The notes beneath the pieces were generated by a model. The model made no database searches. It had not been told where the DNA came from and saw only the letters and a program-made list of their open reading frames with translations. 64,000 nt of DNA, from NCBI GenBank assembly GCA_041392065.1, contig JAWKMU010000005.1:156340-220339 (forward strand), in the 5' to 3' direction. Source of the DNA: Flavobacteriaceae bacterium (lineage in GTDB: Bacteria > Bacteroidota > Bacteroidia > Flavobacteriales > Flavobacteriaceae). Made by a program: the position numbers and the translations under genes. Each line of letters opens with the position of its first letter. Position 1 is the stretch's first letter. This document shows positions 39,510-50,740 of this stretch, piece after piece.

Positions 39510-42059
39510 TTACGAATTAGTTGGCTTTTCAGATGTTTTTATACTAATATTAAGTTCTGTAGCATCTTTATCAATATCCATACTGATAACATCACCTTCA
39601 TGAATTTTTGAAGTAATTATCTCTTCGGCAAGAGCATCTTCTATATATTTCTGTATAGCACGTTTTAAAGGTCTTGCACCATATTGTTGATCAAATCCTT
39701 TATCAGCAATAAACTCCTTTGCTTTTTTACTTAATTTTAGTGTATAACCAAGGTCTTTTATTCTTTCTATTAACTTTTCCAGTTCTATGTCAATGATTAA
39801 GTTAATGTGCTCTTTCTCAAGTGTATTGAACACAACTACATCATCGATTCTATTTAAAAACTCAGGTGCAAACGCTTTTTTAAGTGCATTTTCAATGATA
39901 CCTCTTGCATTATCAGAAGCTTGCGATTTTTGCGCTGAAGTACCAAAGCCAACGCCTGTTCCAAAATCTTTTAGTTTTCTGGCTCCAATATTTGAAGTCA
40001 TGATGATGATAGTATTACTAAAATCTATTTTTCTTCCAAGGCTATCTGTTAAGAAACCATCATCAAGCACCTGAAGTAGCATATTAAAGACATCAGGATG
40101 AGCCTTTTCTATCTCGTCAAGAAGAACTACTGCATAGGGTTTGCGTCTTATTTTTTCGGTTAATTGTCCACCTTCTTCATAACCAACATATCCTGGAGGA
40201 GCACCAATAAGTCTTGAAATCGCAAATTTTTCCATGTATTCACTCATATCAATTCTTACAAGAGCATCTTCGCTATCAAAGAGTTCACGAGCCAAAACCT
40301 TTGCTAATTGGGTTTTACCAACTCCTGTTTGTCCTAAGAATATAAAAGAGCCTATTGGTTTGTTTGGATCTTTAAGACCTGCACGATTACGTTGTATCGC
40401 TTTTACAACTTTAGCAACAGCTTCGTCTTGACCTATAACTTTACCTTTAATAAGTTCAGGTAATTTTGCAAGCTTATTACTTTCGGTTTGCGCTATTCTA
40501 TTTACAGGAATTCCAGTCATCATAGAAACTACATCAGCAACGTTATCTTCAGTAACAGTTTCACGATGTTGCTTAGAATCTTCTTCCCATTTTTGCTGAG
40601 CTTCAGCTAAGCTTTTTTCCAATCTTTTTTCATCATCACGAAGCTTTGCAGCCTCTTCATATTTTTGTTTTTTAACAACAGTATTTTTGGTTTCCCTTAC
40701 AGCTTCAAGTTGCTCCTCAAGTTCTAAAATTTGTTTTGGAACATCAATATTAGTAATATGAACACGTGAGCCAGCTTCATCTAAAGCATCGATAGCTTTA
40801 TCAGGTAAAAAGCGTTCTGTCATGTAACGGCTTGTTAGTTTTACACAGGCTTCAATGGCTTCAGGTGTGTATTCTACATTGTGATGATCTTCGTATTTGG
40901 TCTTAATATTATTAAGTATTTCAATGGTTTCGGCAATAGAAGTAGGCTCTACAATTACCTTTTGAAAACGACGCTCTAAGGCACCATCTTTTTCTATATA
41001 CTGTCTGTACTCATCTAATGTTGTAGCTCCTATACACTGAATTTCACCTCTTGCTAACGCTGGTTTGAACATATTAGAAGCATCTAAACTTCCTGTTGCA
41101 CCACCAGCACCAACAATGGTATGTATTTCATCTATGAATAGGATAATATCATCATTTTTTTCGAGTTCATTCATTACAGCCTTCATTCTTTCCTCAAACT
41201 GTCCTCTATATTTGGTGCCAGCGACTAAGCTTGCTAAATCCAACGTTACAACACGTTTATTAAACAGTATACGTGACACTTTTCGTTTAACGATTCGCTC
41301 TGCTAATCCTTCTGCAATGGCAGATTTACCAACTCCAGCTTCACCAATCAGAAGAGGATTGTTCTTTTTACGTCTACTTAAAATTTGAGAGACTCGTTGT
41401 ATTTCTTTTTCTCTGCCAACAACAGGGTCTAATTTTCCTTCTTCTGCTAAAGCGGTTAAATCTCTACCGAAATTATCTAAAACAGGTGTTTTTGATTTTT
41501 TAGTGCCTTTACTGCTAGATTGCCCAAATGGATTCTCTTTTGTATTTTCCTCTGCAGCCGAATCTTCATCGGAAAAAGATTCTGCTTTAGGAGATTCGAT
41601 ATAATCGTCTTCGTTTGTGATCATATGCTTAAACTGTTCTTTAACATTGTCATAATCAACTTTTAGTTTGTTTAACAACTTGGTTGTTGGGTCATTTTCA
41701 TTTCTTAAAATACAAAGCAGTAAATGTGCAGTATTTATAGAAGAACTTTGAAAAAGTTTAGCCTCTAAAAATGTTGTTTTTAAAGCACGTTCTGCTTGCC
41801 TTGTTAAGTGCAGATTTTTCTTTTCGTTTGAAGAAAAAGAAGTATTAGGATTAGCTGGACTTAAAATTTCAACTTTTCGCCTCAAATGGTTCAAATCAAT
41901 TTCAAGCGCAGACAAAATATCTATTGCCTTGCCATTGCCATCTCGAAGCAATCCAAGCATTAAATGCTCAGTGCCAATAAAATCATGACCCAAGCGCAAT
42001 GCTTCCTCTTTGCTATAAGCAATAACATCCTTAACTCTTGGTGAAAAATTATCGTCCAT
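39510..42059 (-). CDS. ATP-dependent Clp protease ATP-binding subunit, ClpC type (class I AAA+)
   Basis: 849 aa. Two Clp-N repeats and two AAA+ modules (GEAGVGKSAIAEG and GQTGVGKTQLAK). The short UVR-like middle segment (KYEEAAKLRDDEKRLE) fits ClpC/ClpA rather than the long ClpB coiled coil. Confidence 0.85.
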   Translation of the reverse strand: MDDNFSPRVKDVIAYSKEEALRLGHDFIGTEHLMLGLLRDGNGKAIDILSALEIDLNHLRRKVEILSPANPNTSFSSNEKKNLHLTRQAERALKTTFLEAKLFQSSSINTAHLLLCILRNENDPTTKLLNKLKVDYDNVKEQFKHMITNEDDYIESPKAESFSDEDSAAEENTKENPFGQSSSKGTKKSKTPVLDNFGRDLTALAEEGKLDPVVGREKEIQRVSQILSRRKKNNPLLIGEAGVGKSAIAEGLAERIVKRKVSRILFNKRVVTLDLASLVAGTKYRGQFEERMKAVMNELEKNDDIILFIDEIHTIVGAGGATGSLDASNMFKPALARGEIQCIGATTLDEYRQYIEKDGALERRFQKVIVEPTSIAETIEILNNIKTKYEDHHNVEYTPEAIEACVKLTSRYMTERFLPDKAIDALDEAGSRVHITNIDVPKQILELEEQLEAVRETKNTVVKKQKYEEAAKLRDDEKRLEKSLAEAQQKWEEDSKQHRETVTEDNVADVVSMMTGIPVNRIAQTESNKLAKLPELIKGKVIGQDEAVAKVVKAIQRNRAGLKDPNKPIGSFIFLGQTGVGKTQLAKVLARELFDSEDALVRIDMSEYMEKFAISRLIGAPPGYVGYEEGGQLTEKIRRKPYAVVLLDEIEKAHPDVFNMLLQVLDDGFLTDSLGRKIDFSNTIIIMTSNIGARKLKDFGTGVGFGTSAQKSQASDNARGIIENALKKAFAPEFLNRIDDVVVFNTLEKEHINLIIDIELEKLIERIKDLGYTLKLSKKAKEFIADKGFDQQYGARPLKRAIQKYIEDALAEEIITSKIHEGDVISMDIDKDATELNISIKTSEKPTNS

Positions 42060-42318
42060 AAAATAAGCCTTTCTGCATTAAAAATAGTAAAAACAAGGTA
42101 ATTAATTCAAAAACCATACCTTAAATCGACTATATGGTGCTAATAGACAAAAAAATCATTATAAAATCAAAATTTTTTAAAGTATAGTTATTAACGAAAA
42201 AAGCACTAATTATTGTTGATAAAATGCTTCAAAAAATAATGCTAAATCTAAGCTAACACTAACAAAATACTTATATTAGCTCGATTTATAAACCTACAAA
42301 TACAAATACAATTTATTT

Positions 42319-44838
42319 ATGATAGAAGGAGAAAAACTCATTCCAATAAATATTGAAGATGAAATGAAATCAGCTTACATTGATTACTCAATGTCAGTCA
42401 TTGTGTCACGTGCTCTGCCAGATGTTAGAGATGGTTTAAAGCCAGTGCACAGACGTGTTCTGTATGGAATGCATGAGTTGGGAGTAAAGTCTAACACAGC
42501 ACATAAAAAATCAGCAAGAATTGTTGGTGAAGTACTTGGTAAATATCATCCACATGGAGACACTTCGGTTTACGATACAATGGTTCGTATGGCACAAGAG
42601 TGGAGTTTGCGCTACATGCTTGTTGATGGTCAAGGTAACTTTGGTTCTATTGATGGTGATAGTCCTGCTGCAATGCGTTATACAGAAGCAAGGATGCGTA
42701 AAATATCTGAAGACATGTTGGCAGATATTGATAAAGAAACTGTAGACCATAAGCTAAATTTTGACGATACACTACAGGAACCTACAGTATTGCCAACGAG
42801 AATTCCAGGACTTTTGGTTAATGGCGCTTCAGGTATTGCTGTTGGTATGGCTACCAATATGCCTCCACATAATTTATCTGAAGTTGTAGATGGTACCATA
42901 GCTTATATAGATAATAATGAAATTGAAATTGATGAGCTCATTACTCATGTTAAAGCTCCAGATTTTCCAACAGGAGGTATTATTTATGGTTATGATGGAG
43001 TTAGAGAAGCTTTCAGAACTGGACGAGGACGAATTGTTTTGCGTGGAAAAGCCAGTGTAGAAGAAGTACAAGGTAGAGAATGCATTATTGTAACTGAAAT
43101 TCCTTATCAAGTTAACAAGGCAGAAATGATAAAAAAGACTGCTGATATTATAAATGAAAAGAAACTTGAAGGAATTTCTACTATAAGAGATGAATCAGAT
43201 AGAAACGGAATGCGTATTGTTTATGTTTTAAAACGAGATGCCATACCAAATATAGTGCTTAATAAACTATATAAATATACTGCGCTACAATCATCTTTTA
43301 GCGTTAACAATATAGCACTTGTAAAAGGTAGACCAGAATTATTGAACCTTAAAGACATGATTCATCACTTTGTTGATCATCGTCATGAAGTAGTTGTAAG
43401 AAGAACTACTTATGAGTTACGTAAAGCTGAAGAACGCGCTCATATTCTTGAAGGACTTATTATAGCTTCCGATAATATTGATGAAGTCATAGCGCTTATT
43501 CGTGCTTCAGCAAATGCTGACGAAGCAAGGCAGAAATTAATGGATAGGTTTGAGTTAACCGAAATACAGGCCAAAGCGATTGTTGAAATGCGTTTGCGCC
43601 AGCTTACAGGATTAGAGCAAGATAAATTAAGAGCTGAGTACGAAGAATTAATGAGAACCATTGAAGACTTAAAAGATATTCTTGATAAGAAAGAACGTCG
43701 AATGGATATCATTAAGCAAGAGCTCATAGAAGTCAAAGAAAAATATGGTGATGAGCGTCGTTCAACTATTGAATATGCAGGAGGAGATTTAAGTATAGAA
43801 GATATGATTCCAGATGAAAAAGTTGTAATTACAATCTCTCATGCTGGTTACATTAAGCGAACATCTTTGTCAGAATATAAAACTCAAAATAGAGGAGGAG
43901 TTGGTCAAAAAGCTTCAACGACTCGAAATGAAGACTTTTTAGAGCATCTATTTGTTGGTACAAACCATCAATACATGCTATTTTTTACTCAAAAAGGAAA
44001 ATGTTTCTGGATGCGTGTTTACGAGATTCCAGAAGGAAGCAAAACCTCTAAAGGTAGAGCAATACAAAATCTTATTAATATTGAGCAAGATGATAAAGTT
44101 AAGGCATTTATCTGTACTCAAGATTTAAAAGATGAAGACTATATCAATAGTCATTACGTAATTATGGCTACTAAAAAAGGTCAGGTTAAAAAAACTTCTT
44201 TAGAGCAATATTCAAGACCAAGAACAAATGGTATTAATGCCATTACCATTAAAGAAGACGATGAGTTGCTTGAAGCCAAATTAACAACAGGCGAAAGTCA
44301 AGTTATGTTAGCCTTACGTTCTGGAAAAGCCATACGCTTTGAAGAAGCCAAAACAAGACCTATGGGAAGAAGTGCTTCAGGTGTAAGAGGGATTACTCTC
44401 GCTAACGAAAAAACTGATGAAGTTGTTGGTATGATTGCAGTAGATGATATGGAGAGTGACATCTTAGTTGTTTCAGAAAATGGATATGGAAAACGCTCAA
44501 GCCTTGAAGACTATAGAATTACCAATCGTGGAGGAAAAGGAGTAAAAACTATTTCTATTACAGAAAAAACAGGTAACTTAGTAGCTATAAAAAATGTTAG
44601 TGATTCAGATGATTTAATGATTATTAATAAATCAGGAATCGCAATACGTATGGCAGTTGAAGACTTAAGAGTAATGGGAAGAGCTACTCAAGGTGTAAAA
44701 TTAATAAACCTAAAAGGTAACGACTCTATTGCTGCAGTTGCTAAGGTAATGCACGATGAAGATGATGTTGATGAAACAGAAGCTGATGAAAATAATGGCA
44801 TAACTCTTGATAATTCGATTGACGAAAATAACAATTAA
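42319..44838 (+). CDS. gyrA: DNA gyrase subunit A
   Basis: 839 aa. Active-site region [10 protein letters not shown], a QRDR-like [11 protein letters not shown] and a GyrA-box-like QNRGGVG at the start of the beta-pinwheel C-terminal domain. Confidence 0.95.
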   Translation: MIEGEKLIPINIEDEMKSAYIDYSMSVIVSRALPDVRDGLKPVHRRVLYGMHELGVKSNTAHKKSARIVGEVLGKYHPHGDTSVYDTMVRMAQEWSLRYMLVDGQGNFGSIDGDSPAAMRYTEARMRKISEDMLADIDKETVDHKLNFDDTLQEPTVLPTRIPGLLVNGASGIAVGMATNMPPHNLSEVVDGTIAYIDNNEIEIDELITHVKAPDFPTGGIIYGYDGVREAFRTGRGRIVLRGKASVEEVQGRECIIVTEIPYQVNKAEMIKKTADIINEKKLEGISTIRDESDRNGMRIVYVLKRDAIPNIVLNKLYKYTALQSSFSVNNIALVKGRPELLNLKDMIHHFVDHRHEVVVRRTTYELRKAEERAHILEGLIIASDNIDEVIALIRASANADEARQKLMDRFELTEIQAKAIVEMRLRQLTGLEQDKLRAEYEELMRTIEDLKDILDKKERRMDIIKQELIEVKEKYGDERRSTIEYAGGDLSIEDMIPDEKVVITISHAGYIKRTSLSEYKTQNRGGVGQKASTTRNEDFLEHLFVGTNHQYMLFFTQKGKCFWMRVYEIPEGSKTSKGRAIQNLINIEQDDKVKAFICTQDLKDEDYINSHYVIMATKKGQVKKTSLEQYSRPRTNGINAITIKEDDELLEAKLTTGESQVMLALRSGKAIRFEEAKTRPMGRSASGVRGITLANEKTDEVVGMIAVDDMESDILVVSENGYGKRSSLEDYRITNRGGKGVKTISITEKTGNLVAIKNVSDSDDLMIINKSGIAIRMAVEDLRVMGRATQGVKLINLKGNDSIAAVAKVMHDEDDVDETEADENNGITLDNSIDENNN

Positions 44839-44857
44839 CACTTTAAACTATATTAAA

Positions 44858-46132
44858 ATGAAAAGAATAGTTGTACTGAGCTTTGCTTTTATGATAGGAG
44901 CGATCTCTTATGCACAAAAGAAAGAATTAAAAGAAGCAGAAAAAGCTATAAAAGACAATAATTTTGCTGATGCTAAATCACTGATTTCGCAAGCTGAATC
45001 TATGATGTCTGCTATGGACGATAAAGAAAAAGCAAAATTTTATTTTTTAAAAGGACAAGCATTGTACGCTAATGGAACAGGAAGTGATTCAGATGTTTCA
45101 GAAGCTTTAAAGAATTTTCAAATGCTTCGTGATACTGAAAAATCAAGTGGTAAAATGGTTTATACAGATGATGTAAACGCTATGAATGCCACAATGACAA
45201 ACGATTTTATAAGTAAAGCTCAAAATGCTTTAGAGCAAAAAAACTATGAAGTGTCCTACAAGAATTTTGAAAATGCATATATGACTTCACCCCAAGACAC
45301 TTTGTATTTATACAATGCTGCTTTACTAGCTACTTCAAATCAAAGTTATGATGAAGCTATTAGTATGTTTAAAAAGCTTCAAGATATGGGCTATACAGGA
45401 ATTAGTACTGAATACTTAGCTACTGAAACTGAGTCTGGCGAAGAACAAGCATTTCCAACAGCAGCTCTTAGAGATATTTCAATAAAAGCTGGAACACACA
45501 CTAATGCTCGTAACAAAAAAAGCGAATCTAAAGTTGGAGATATTGCTAAAAACATAGCACTTATTTACATAGAAAATGGTGAAACTGACAAGGCTTTAGC
45601 ATCAATAGATGCCGCAAAAGCATCAAATCCTAAAGATTTTAATCTTCTTGTAGCTGAAGCTAACGTACGTTATAAGCTAGGTCAAATGGATGAATACAAA
45701 AAATTAATTAGCCAAGCATTAAGCTTAGAACCTAATAATATTGATTTATTATTTAATTTAGGAGTTGTAGCTGCTGAGGCTAATGATATTGCTGAGGCTA
45801 AGTCTTATTATGATCAAGCAATTAAGCTAGATCCTACTTACACTAGAGCTTATATGAATATGGCTGCTTTGATTCTAGATCAAGAACAGGCTATTATTGA
45901 TGAGATGAATGGATTAGGAACTTCTGCAGCAGAAAATAAAAAGTACGATGAATTAAAAGAAAAGCGTACACAACTTTATAAGGAATCAATTCCATATTTA
46001 AAATCTGCTTTTGAGAATGACCCAAAAAATATCGCTGCTGCTAGAACGCTAATGAATATTTACAGTCAAATAGGTGACCAGCCAAATTTTCAGTTAATGA
46101 AAGCCAAGGTTGAAGAATTGGAAGGAAACTAA
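44858..46132 (+). CDS. secreted tetratricopeptide-repeat protein
   Basis: I trimmed the start to the ATG at 44858 (MKRIVVLSFAFMIGAISYAQ signal). Several TPR-like helical repeats follow (AKSYYDQAIKLDPTYTRAYMNMA). Confidence 0.75.
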   Translation: MKRIVVLSFAFMIGAISYAQKKELKEAEKAIKDNNFADAKSLISQAESMMSAMDDKEKAKFYFLKGQALYANGTGSDSDVSEALKNFQMLRDTEKSSGKMVYTDDVNAMNATMTNDFISKAQNALEQKNYEVSYKNFENAYMTSPQDTLYLYNAALLATSNQSYDEAISMFKKLQDMGYTGISTEYLATETESGEEQAFPTAALRDISIKAGTHTNARNKKSESKVGDIAKNIALIYIENGETDKALASIDAAKASNPKDFNLLVAEANVRYKLGQMDEYKKLISQALSLEPNNIDLLFNLGVVAAEANDIAEAKSYYDQAIKLDPTYTRAYMNMAALILDQEQAIIDEMNGLGTSAAENKKYDELKEKRTQLYKESIPYLKSAFENDPKNIAAARTLMNIYSQIGDQPNFQLMKAKVEELEGN

Positions 46133-46152
46133 TATTATACACTTTATATTAT

Positions 46153-46186
46153 AAAAAAATGCCACTTTTAAAAGTGGCATTTTTTG
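46153..46186. terminator. bidirectional rho-independent terminator between convergent genes
   Basis: aaaaaaa-tgccactttt/aaaagtggca-ttttt. The hairpin is perfect and is flanked by an A-run and a T-run. Confidence 0.85.
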
Positions 46187-46201
46187 TATGTGAAATAGAG
46201 C

Positions 46202-46951
46202 TTAGATAATCTTTTTTATTACCCTTAGTTTATGAGTATGGATGTTTTTTTCTGAATTATAAATACCTGAATGATCCAATCTATCAATACGTACTTTTCC
46301 ATGAGCATGTATTATATAGTTATCTTCCATAATAATACCAACATGAACTATGTCTCCATCAGCATTATCAAAAAAAGCTAAATCTCCTGGCTCACTTTCT
46401 TCAATAAAACTTAGTGCTTCTCCTTGTGTAGCTTGTAAAGAGGCATCTCTAAGTAATTTATGGCCATTTAATTTATAAACCATTTGAGTAAATCCCGAAC
46501 AATCAATACCAAAAGGGGTTTTTCCTCCCCAAAGATATGGTGCGTTTAAATATAAAAAAGCAGTTTTAACAATTTCTGATTTTGGATTTACAACAGATGT
46601 TGTATTACCATCATGAGAATGATTTAATAACGATAATCCATTTAATGACGAGCCTATTGGAATTGGGTAAAGCTGTTTATTATTATCTTCGACAAACTCA
46701 ACTAAATCAGTAGACAAAATTGGTTTTGAATTGGCAATATCATCATAATCTTCTTTTTCAATAAAAATAAACTGCTTATTGTCAATCCAACCTTCATATT
46801 TATCAAAAGCCAACCGTATTTTGCTCCATTTTTTTCTATGTTCGGTTACTTTAAACACTTCTCCATAAAGAACCTGAGATACAAGTTCACTTTTGTCTGA
46901 AGGCTCAAAGCGTATAGGAACAATACTTAATTGGCAAATTCCGTATTGCAT
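46202..46951 (-). CDS. C40 (NlpC/P60) family peptidase with an N-terminal SH3-like domain
   Basis: 249 aa. Catalytic Cys context PFGIDCSGFTQMVY and downstream His residues (GDIVHVGIIM, IIHAHG). Confidence 0.85.
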   Translation of the reverse strand: MQYGICQLSIVPIRFEPSDKSELVSQVLYGEVFKVTEHRKKWSKIRLAFDKYEGWIDNKQFIFIEKEDYDDIANSKPILSTDLVEFVEDNNKQLYPIPIGSSLNGLSLLNHSHDGNTTSVVNPKSEIVKTAFLYLNAPYLWGGKTPFGIDCSGFTQMVYKLNGHKLLRDASLQATQGEALSFIEESEPGDLAFFDNADGDIVHVGIIMEDNYIIHAHGKVRIDRLDHSGIYNSEKNIHTHKLRVIKKII

Positions 46952-46956
46952 AAAAA

Positions 46957-48135
46957 TTAATTACGTTCTACTACAATCGCTGAAGCACCACCACCACCAT
47001 TACAAATAGCTGCAGCACCAATTTTTGCATTATTTTGTTCTAATACACTAAGCAACGTTATAATTATTCTGGCTCCAGAACATCCTAAAGGATGTCCAAG
47101 TGAAACTGCACCACCATTTACGTTTACTTTGTTATCATTTAAGCCTAAAATTTTCATATTAGCTAAACCAACTACCGAAAAAGCTTCGTTAAACTCAAAA
47201 TAATCTACATCATTAATTGATATATTGGCTTTTGCCAGTGCTTTTGGTAAAGCTTTTGCTGGAGCCGTAGTAAACCATTTTGGTTCTTGAGCAGCATCAG
47301 CATAACCCTTTATAGTAGCAATAGGATTTAAACCAAGTTCATTTGCTTTTTCTTTACTCATTAACACCATCGCTGCAGCACCATCATTAATTGTAGAGGC
47401 ATTTGCAGCTGTTACAGTTCCATCTTTTGTAAAAGCTGGACGCAAGGTTGGTATTTTATCCATTCTCACATTTGTGTACTCTTCATCTTTACTAACAATT
47501 ATAGGTTCTCCACGACGTTGTAGTACTTCAACAGGGACAACTTCATTATCAAACTTACCTGAATTCCAAGCAGCAGTAGAGCGCTCATAAGATTGTATTG
47601 CATAAGCATCTTGGTCTTCTCTTGTAAACTTGTATTCCGTTGCGCAAGCATCAGCACAAACTCCCATAGCATTACCATCGTAAACATCAACTAATCCATC
47701 TTTTTGCATTCCGTCTTCTAAAGCAGTTGGTCCAAATTTTGTTCCTGTACGAGCATGAAAGTAATGAGGAATTAAACTCATATTTTCCATACCACCAGCA
47801 ACAATAATATTTGCATCTCCTAAGGCAATTGATTGAGCAGCTTGCATAACGGTTTTCATTCCAGAGGCACAAACTTTATTGATAGTGGTGCAAGGAACAG
47901 TATCTGGAATACCAGCATAAATAGCTGCTTGTCTTGCAGGAGCTTGACCTGTACCAGCTTGTACAACATTTCCCATAAGGACTTCATCAACCAAACTTGC
48001 ATCTAATTTTATTTTATCTAAAGCACCTTTTATTGCTATTGCGCCCAATTTTGGTGCTGGTATTGTTGATAATGACCCTAAAAAACTTCCAATAGGTGTT
48101 CTTGCCATAGAGACGATAACCACTTCCTTGCTCAT
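46957..48135 (-). CDS. acetyl-CoA C-acetyltransferase (thiolase II)
   Basis: 392 aa. Active-site motifs INKVCASGMK, NVNGGAVSLGHPLGCSGAR and ICNGGGGA. Confidence 0.93.
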   Translation of the reverse strand: MSKEVVIVSMARTPIGSFLGSLSTIPAPKLGAIAIKGALDKIKLDASLVDEVLMGNVVQAGTGQAPARQAAIYAGIPDTVPCTTINKVCASGMKTVMQAAQSIALGDANIIVAGGMENMSLIPHYFHARTGTKFGPTALEDGMQKDGLVDVYDGNAMGVCADACATEYKFTREDQDAYAIQSYERSTAAWNSGKFDNEVVPVEVLQRRGEPIIVSKDEEYTNVRMDKIPTLRPAFTKDGTVTAANASTINDGAAAMVLMSKEKANELGLNPIATIKGYADAAQEPKWFTTAPAKALPKALAKANISINDVDYFEFNEAFSVVGLANMKILGLNDNKVNVNGGAVSLGHPLGCSGARIIITLLSVLEQNNAKIGAAAICNGGGGASAIVVERN

Positions 48136-48240
48136 TTATAATGTGTTTATAATTTGATGTTGCAAAATTAATCAAAATTTAGAAGAAAATAGTACCCTAA
48201 GCTTATTATCCTTATCAAGACTTTGCTAAGTTATTTTTAT

Positions 48241-48268
48241 TACTTTTGATGTTACCTAACTAACTTTG
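48241..48268 (+). promoter_or_regulatory. two candidate -7 boxes (TActTTTG 48241-48248, TAacTTTG 48261-48268) for the HD-domain gene
   Basis: Both are exact TAnnTTTG matches, 41 and 21 nt upstream of the ATG at 48289. Confidence 0.4.
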
Positions 48269-48288
48269 TATAGCCCTACATTATTTAA

Positions 48289-50340
48289 ATGAAAGATTTT
48301 ATAAATAGATTATACAGAAACCATTCATTACTTTATAAGGCACTTCTTTTAATATCAACAACTTTTTTAATTGTTTATTTATTTCCTAAGAGTGGAAAAT
48401 TTAGGTATAGTTTTGAGAAAGGTAAACCTTGGCAATCTGAAAATTACTATGCTCCGTTTGACTTTGCAATTAAAAAAACAGTCCAAGAAATAGAATCTGA
48501 AAGGGAAAACGTTACTGATAATGCTCAGATATATTTTGATATTGATCTGGACATTGCTTTAGATGCCAAAGAAGCTTTTGAAACTGAATTTATAAAAGAG
48601 TTCCCAGATTCTTTATCAATTCTGAATAAAGAAAATTTAAAAAACAAAAGCAAAGACATTTTAAACAATTTGTTTGAAAGAGGTATTTTGGATAAAGAGT
48701 ATAAGTATGATGGAAGTAGAGATGTAGTTATTTTAAACAAAAGGAATCAGTTAAAAGTTGTTAAATATGGGGACTTAATCCCTTTAAATGGAATAACGGC
48801 CTTTATTGATAGCCAAATTACAGCAAATAATTTTTCACTTTATAGAGACAAACTGCTATCTATATTTTACGACATAGTAAAACCTAATTTAACACTAAAT
48901 ACCATAATTACTGACAACAATTTAAATGAAGAATTAAATAAAATATCTACAGTAAGAGGAAGTATAGAGCAAGGAACAATTATTATATCTAAAGGGGAAG
49001 TAGTTGAAGGCGATAAATTTTTGATATTAAAATCATTAGAATCTGAATATCAGTCTAAAGTTTGGAATGAAGCCAATTACAACTGGATTTTAGCAGCATA
49101 CACAGTATTGGTTTGTTTAGCCTTACTGATGTTGCTGCTTTTTTTAAGAAAGTATAGGATGGACGTTTTTAATAACAATACCAAAGTCACTTTTATTTTC
49201 TTCAACATTCTCCTAATGGTTTTGCTTACAACATTGGTTGTAAATTTTAATTCGGGTTATATATATATTGTACCAATTTGTATTTTGCCATTAGTGCTTA
49301 AAGCATTTTTTGATGCAAGGTTAGGATTATTTGCACATGTTATTACAGTATTGCTCTTAGGCTTTGTGGTTGCAAATAATTACGAATATATGTTTTTGCA
49401 AATTATTGCAGGAATCGTTACCATACTTACTGTATCTGAACTATACAAAAGAGCCAACTTGTTTATATCTGTCGGACAGATTACATTAATATATATTGTA
49501 TCCTATTTTGCTTTTTTTATTATCCATGAAGGTAGTGTTGATAATATTAAATGGGAAACTTTTGTGATGTTTATACTTTGTGGACTTGCAACATTGTTTG
49601 TACAACCGTTAATTTATGCATACGAAAAACTATTTGGTTTGGTTTCTGATGTGTCTTTATTAGAACTATCAGATACCAACACAAAATTGCTCAAAGAACT
49701 TTCAAATAAAGCACCTGGAACGTTCCATCATTCATTAAATGTTGCAAATTTAGCCGAAGCTTCCGCAAATGAAATTGGGGCAAATGCTATGTTGGTTAGG
49801 GTTGGAGCACTTTATCATGACATTGGTAAAATGAACAACCCTACTTATTTTACCGAAAATCAGTCTACAGGAATTAATCCTCATGATGAACTTTCCTCAA
49901 AAGAAAGTGCGTCAATTATTATTAACCATGTGCTTGAAGGTATCGAAATAGCAAAAAAAAATAATCTACCTGATCGTGTTATTGATTTTATTAGAACACA
50001 TCATGGTACCAGTTTGGTACATTATTTTTATGCCAAAGAAAAGGAAGCCAATGATAGCGAGGTAAATAAAGAAGATTTTGTTTATCCTGGCCCAAAACCA
50101 TTTAGTAAAGAAACAGCTATTTTAATGATGTGTGATAGTGTGGAAGCTGCTTCAAAAAGCTTAAAGGAGCCAACATCGACTAAAATTGATTCATTTGTAG
50201 AGAGCATAATAAATAAGCAAATGGACAGCGAACAATTTTTAAATTCTAACATTACATTTAAAGAAATCCAGTCCATAAAGAAAGTATTGAAGTTTAAGCT
50301 TGCTAATATCTACCATTTACGCATAGAATACCCTGAGTAA
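48289..50340 (+). CDS. 7TM-receptor-linked HD/HDIG phosphohydrolase (YqfF-like)
   Basis: 683 aa. An extracellular N-terminal domain, about 7 TM helices and a C-terminal HD domain (HHSLNVANLAE ... LYHDIGKM). Confidence 0.85.
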   Translation: MKDFINRLYRNHSLLYKALLLISTTFLIVYLFPKSGKFRYSFEKGKPWQSENYYAPFDFAIKKTVQEIESERENVTDNAQIYFDIDLDIALDAKEAFETEFIKEFPDSLSILNKENLKNKSKDILNNLFERGILDKEYKYDGSRDVVILNKRNQLKVVKYGDLIPLNGITAFIDSQITANNFSLYRDKLLSIFYDIVKPNLTLNTIITDNNLNEELNKISTVRGSIEQGTIIISKGEVVEGDKFLILKSLESEYQSKVWNEANYNWILAAYTVLVCLALLMLLLFLRKYRMDVFNNNTKVTFIFFNILLMVLLTTLVVNFNSGYIYIVPICILPLVLKAFFDARLGLFAHVITVLLLGFVVANNYEYMFLQIIAGIVTILTVSELYKRANLFISVGQITLIYIVSYFAFFIIHEGSVDNIKWETFVMFILCGLATLFVQPLIYAYEKLFGLVSDVSLLELSDTNTKLLKELSNKAPGTFHHSLNVANLAEASANEIGANAMLVRVGALYHDIGKMNNPTYFTENQSTGINPHDELSSKESASIIINHVLEGIEIAKKNNLPDRVIDFIRTHHGTSLVHYFYAKEKEANDSEVNKEDFVYPGPKPFSKETAILMMCDSVEAASKSLKEPTSTKIDSFVESIINKQMDSEQFLNSNITFKEIQSIKKVLKFKLANIYHLRIEYPE

Positions 50341-50365
50341 TTATTTCATTAAAAAATTAAAAAAA

Positions 50366-50400
50366 TTGTTTGCGTTCTTTAAGATGATAACCTACATTTG
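50366..50400 (+). promoter_or_regulatory. candidate promoter for the tRNA-Ser/tRNA-Pro unit (-33 TTTG, -7 TAcaTTTG)
   Basis: ttgTTTG ends at 50372 and TACATTTG lies at 50393-50400, a 20-nt spacer. The -7 box is 50 nt upstream of tRNA-Ser. Confidence 0.5.
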
Positions 50401-50450
50401 CAACCGCATTATAAGAACAGGACTTAGGTTCTTAATCTAGCTTAATGTAA

Positions 50451-50534
50451 GGAGAGGTGCCAGAGTGGTAATGGAGCAGATTGCTAATCTGTCAACGCGA
50501 AAGTGTTGCCTGGGTTCGAGTCCCAGTCTCTCCG
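50451..50534 (+). tRNA. tRNA-Ser (anticodon GCT)
   Basis: Folded by hand. Acceptor ggagagg/tctctcc, anticodon stem gcaga/tctgt with loop ttGCTaa, a long variable arm (caacgcgaaagtgttg) and T-arm ctggg-ttcgagt-cccag. No CCA is encoded. Confidence 0.9.
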
Positions 50535-50545
50535 CTTAATTTTTT

Positions 50546-50620
50546 CGGGGTGTAGCGTAGCCCGGTTATCGCGCCTGCTTTGGGAGCAGGAGGTCGCAGG
50601 TTCGAATCCTGCCACCCCGA
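50546..50620 (+). tRNA. tRNA-Pro (anticodon TGG)
   Basis: Acceptor cggggtg/caccccg, anticodon stem cctgc/gcagg with loop ttTGGga, and T-arm gcagg-ttcgaat-cctgc. It starts 11 nt after tRNA-Ser. Confidence 0.9.
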
Positions 50621-50740
50621 CAAATACCTCTTAATAGAAAAGTTCTTTTTTGAAGTATTTTAGATTTTGAGCAAAGTGATTTTCAATTTGCCATAATTGG
50701 TGATTTCACTAAAAATGCTGCAAGCATTTTTGTTCAGTTT

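Noticed and set aside
39787-43736. Many 60-110-aa ORFs antisense to, or out of frame within, the ClpC-type ATPase gene and gyrA (for example 39787..40074, 40234..40431, 41065..41388, 42511..42750, 42678..42899, 42874..43110, 43440..43736)
   Set aside because: All lie inside long, well-supported conserved genes and have low-complexity or Ser/Ile-rich translations. The same reasoning applies to the other embedded track ORFs, such as 2405..2587, 2978..3458, 5467..5685, 9619..9879, 12475..12693, 15689..16192, 17264..17859, 18532..18916, 22243..22726, 26860..27114, 28051..28425, 29506..29823, 32833..33024, 36205..36712, 38470..38667, 47499..47872, 48525..48740, 50082..50276, 54348..54530, 55105..56030, 57551..57778, 59125..59316, 60707..61003 and 63333..63611.
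44807-44857. The upstream extensions offered by the ORF track for the TPR protein (44807), the NTF2-like protein (to 15542) and the pterin dehydratase (to 18274)
   Set aside because: In each case an internal ATG gives a canonical signal peptide or family-typical N-terminus. The TPR extension would also overlap the gyrA 3' end.
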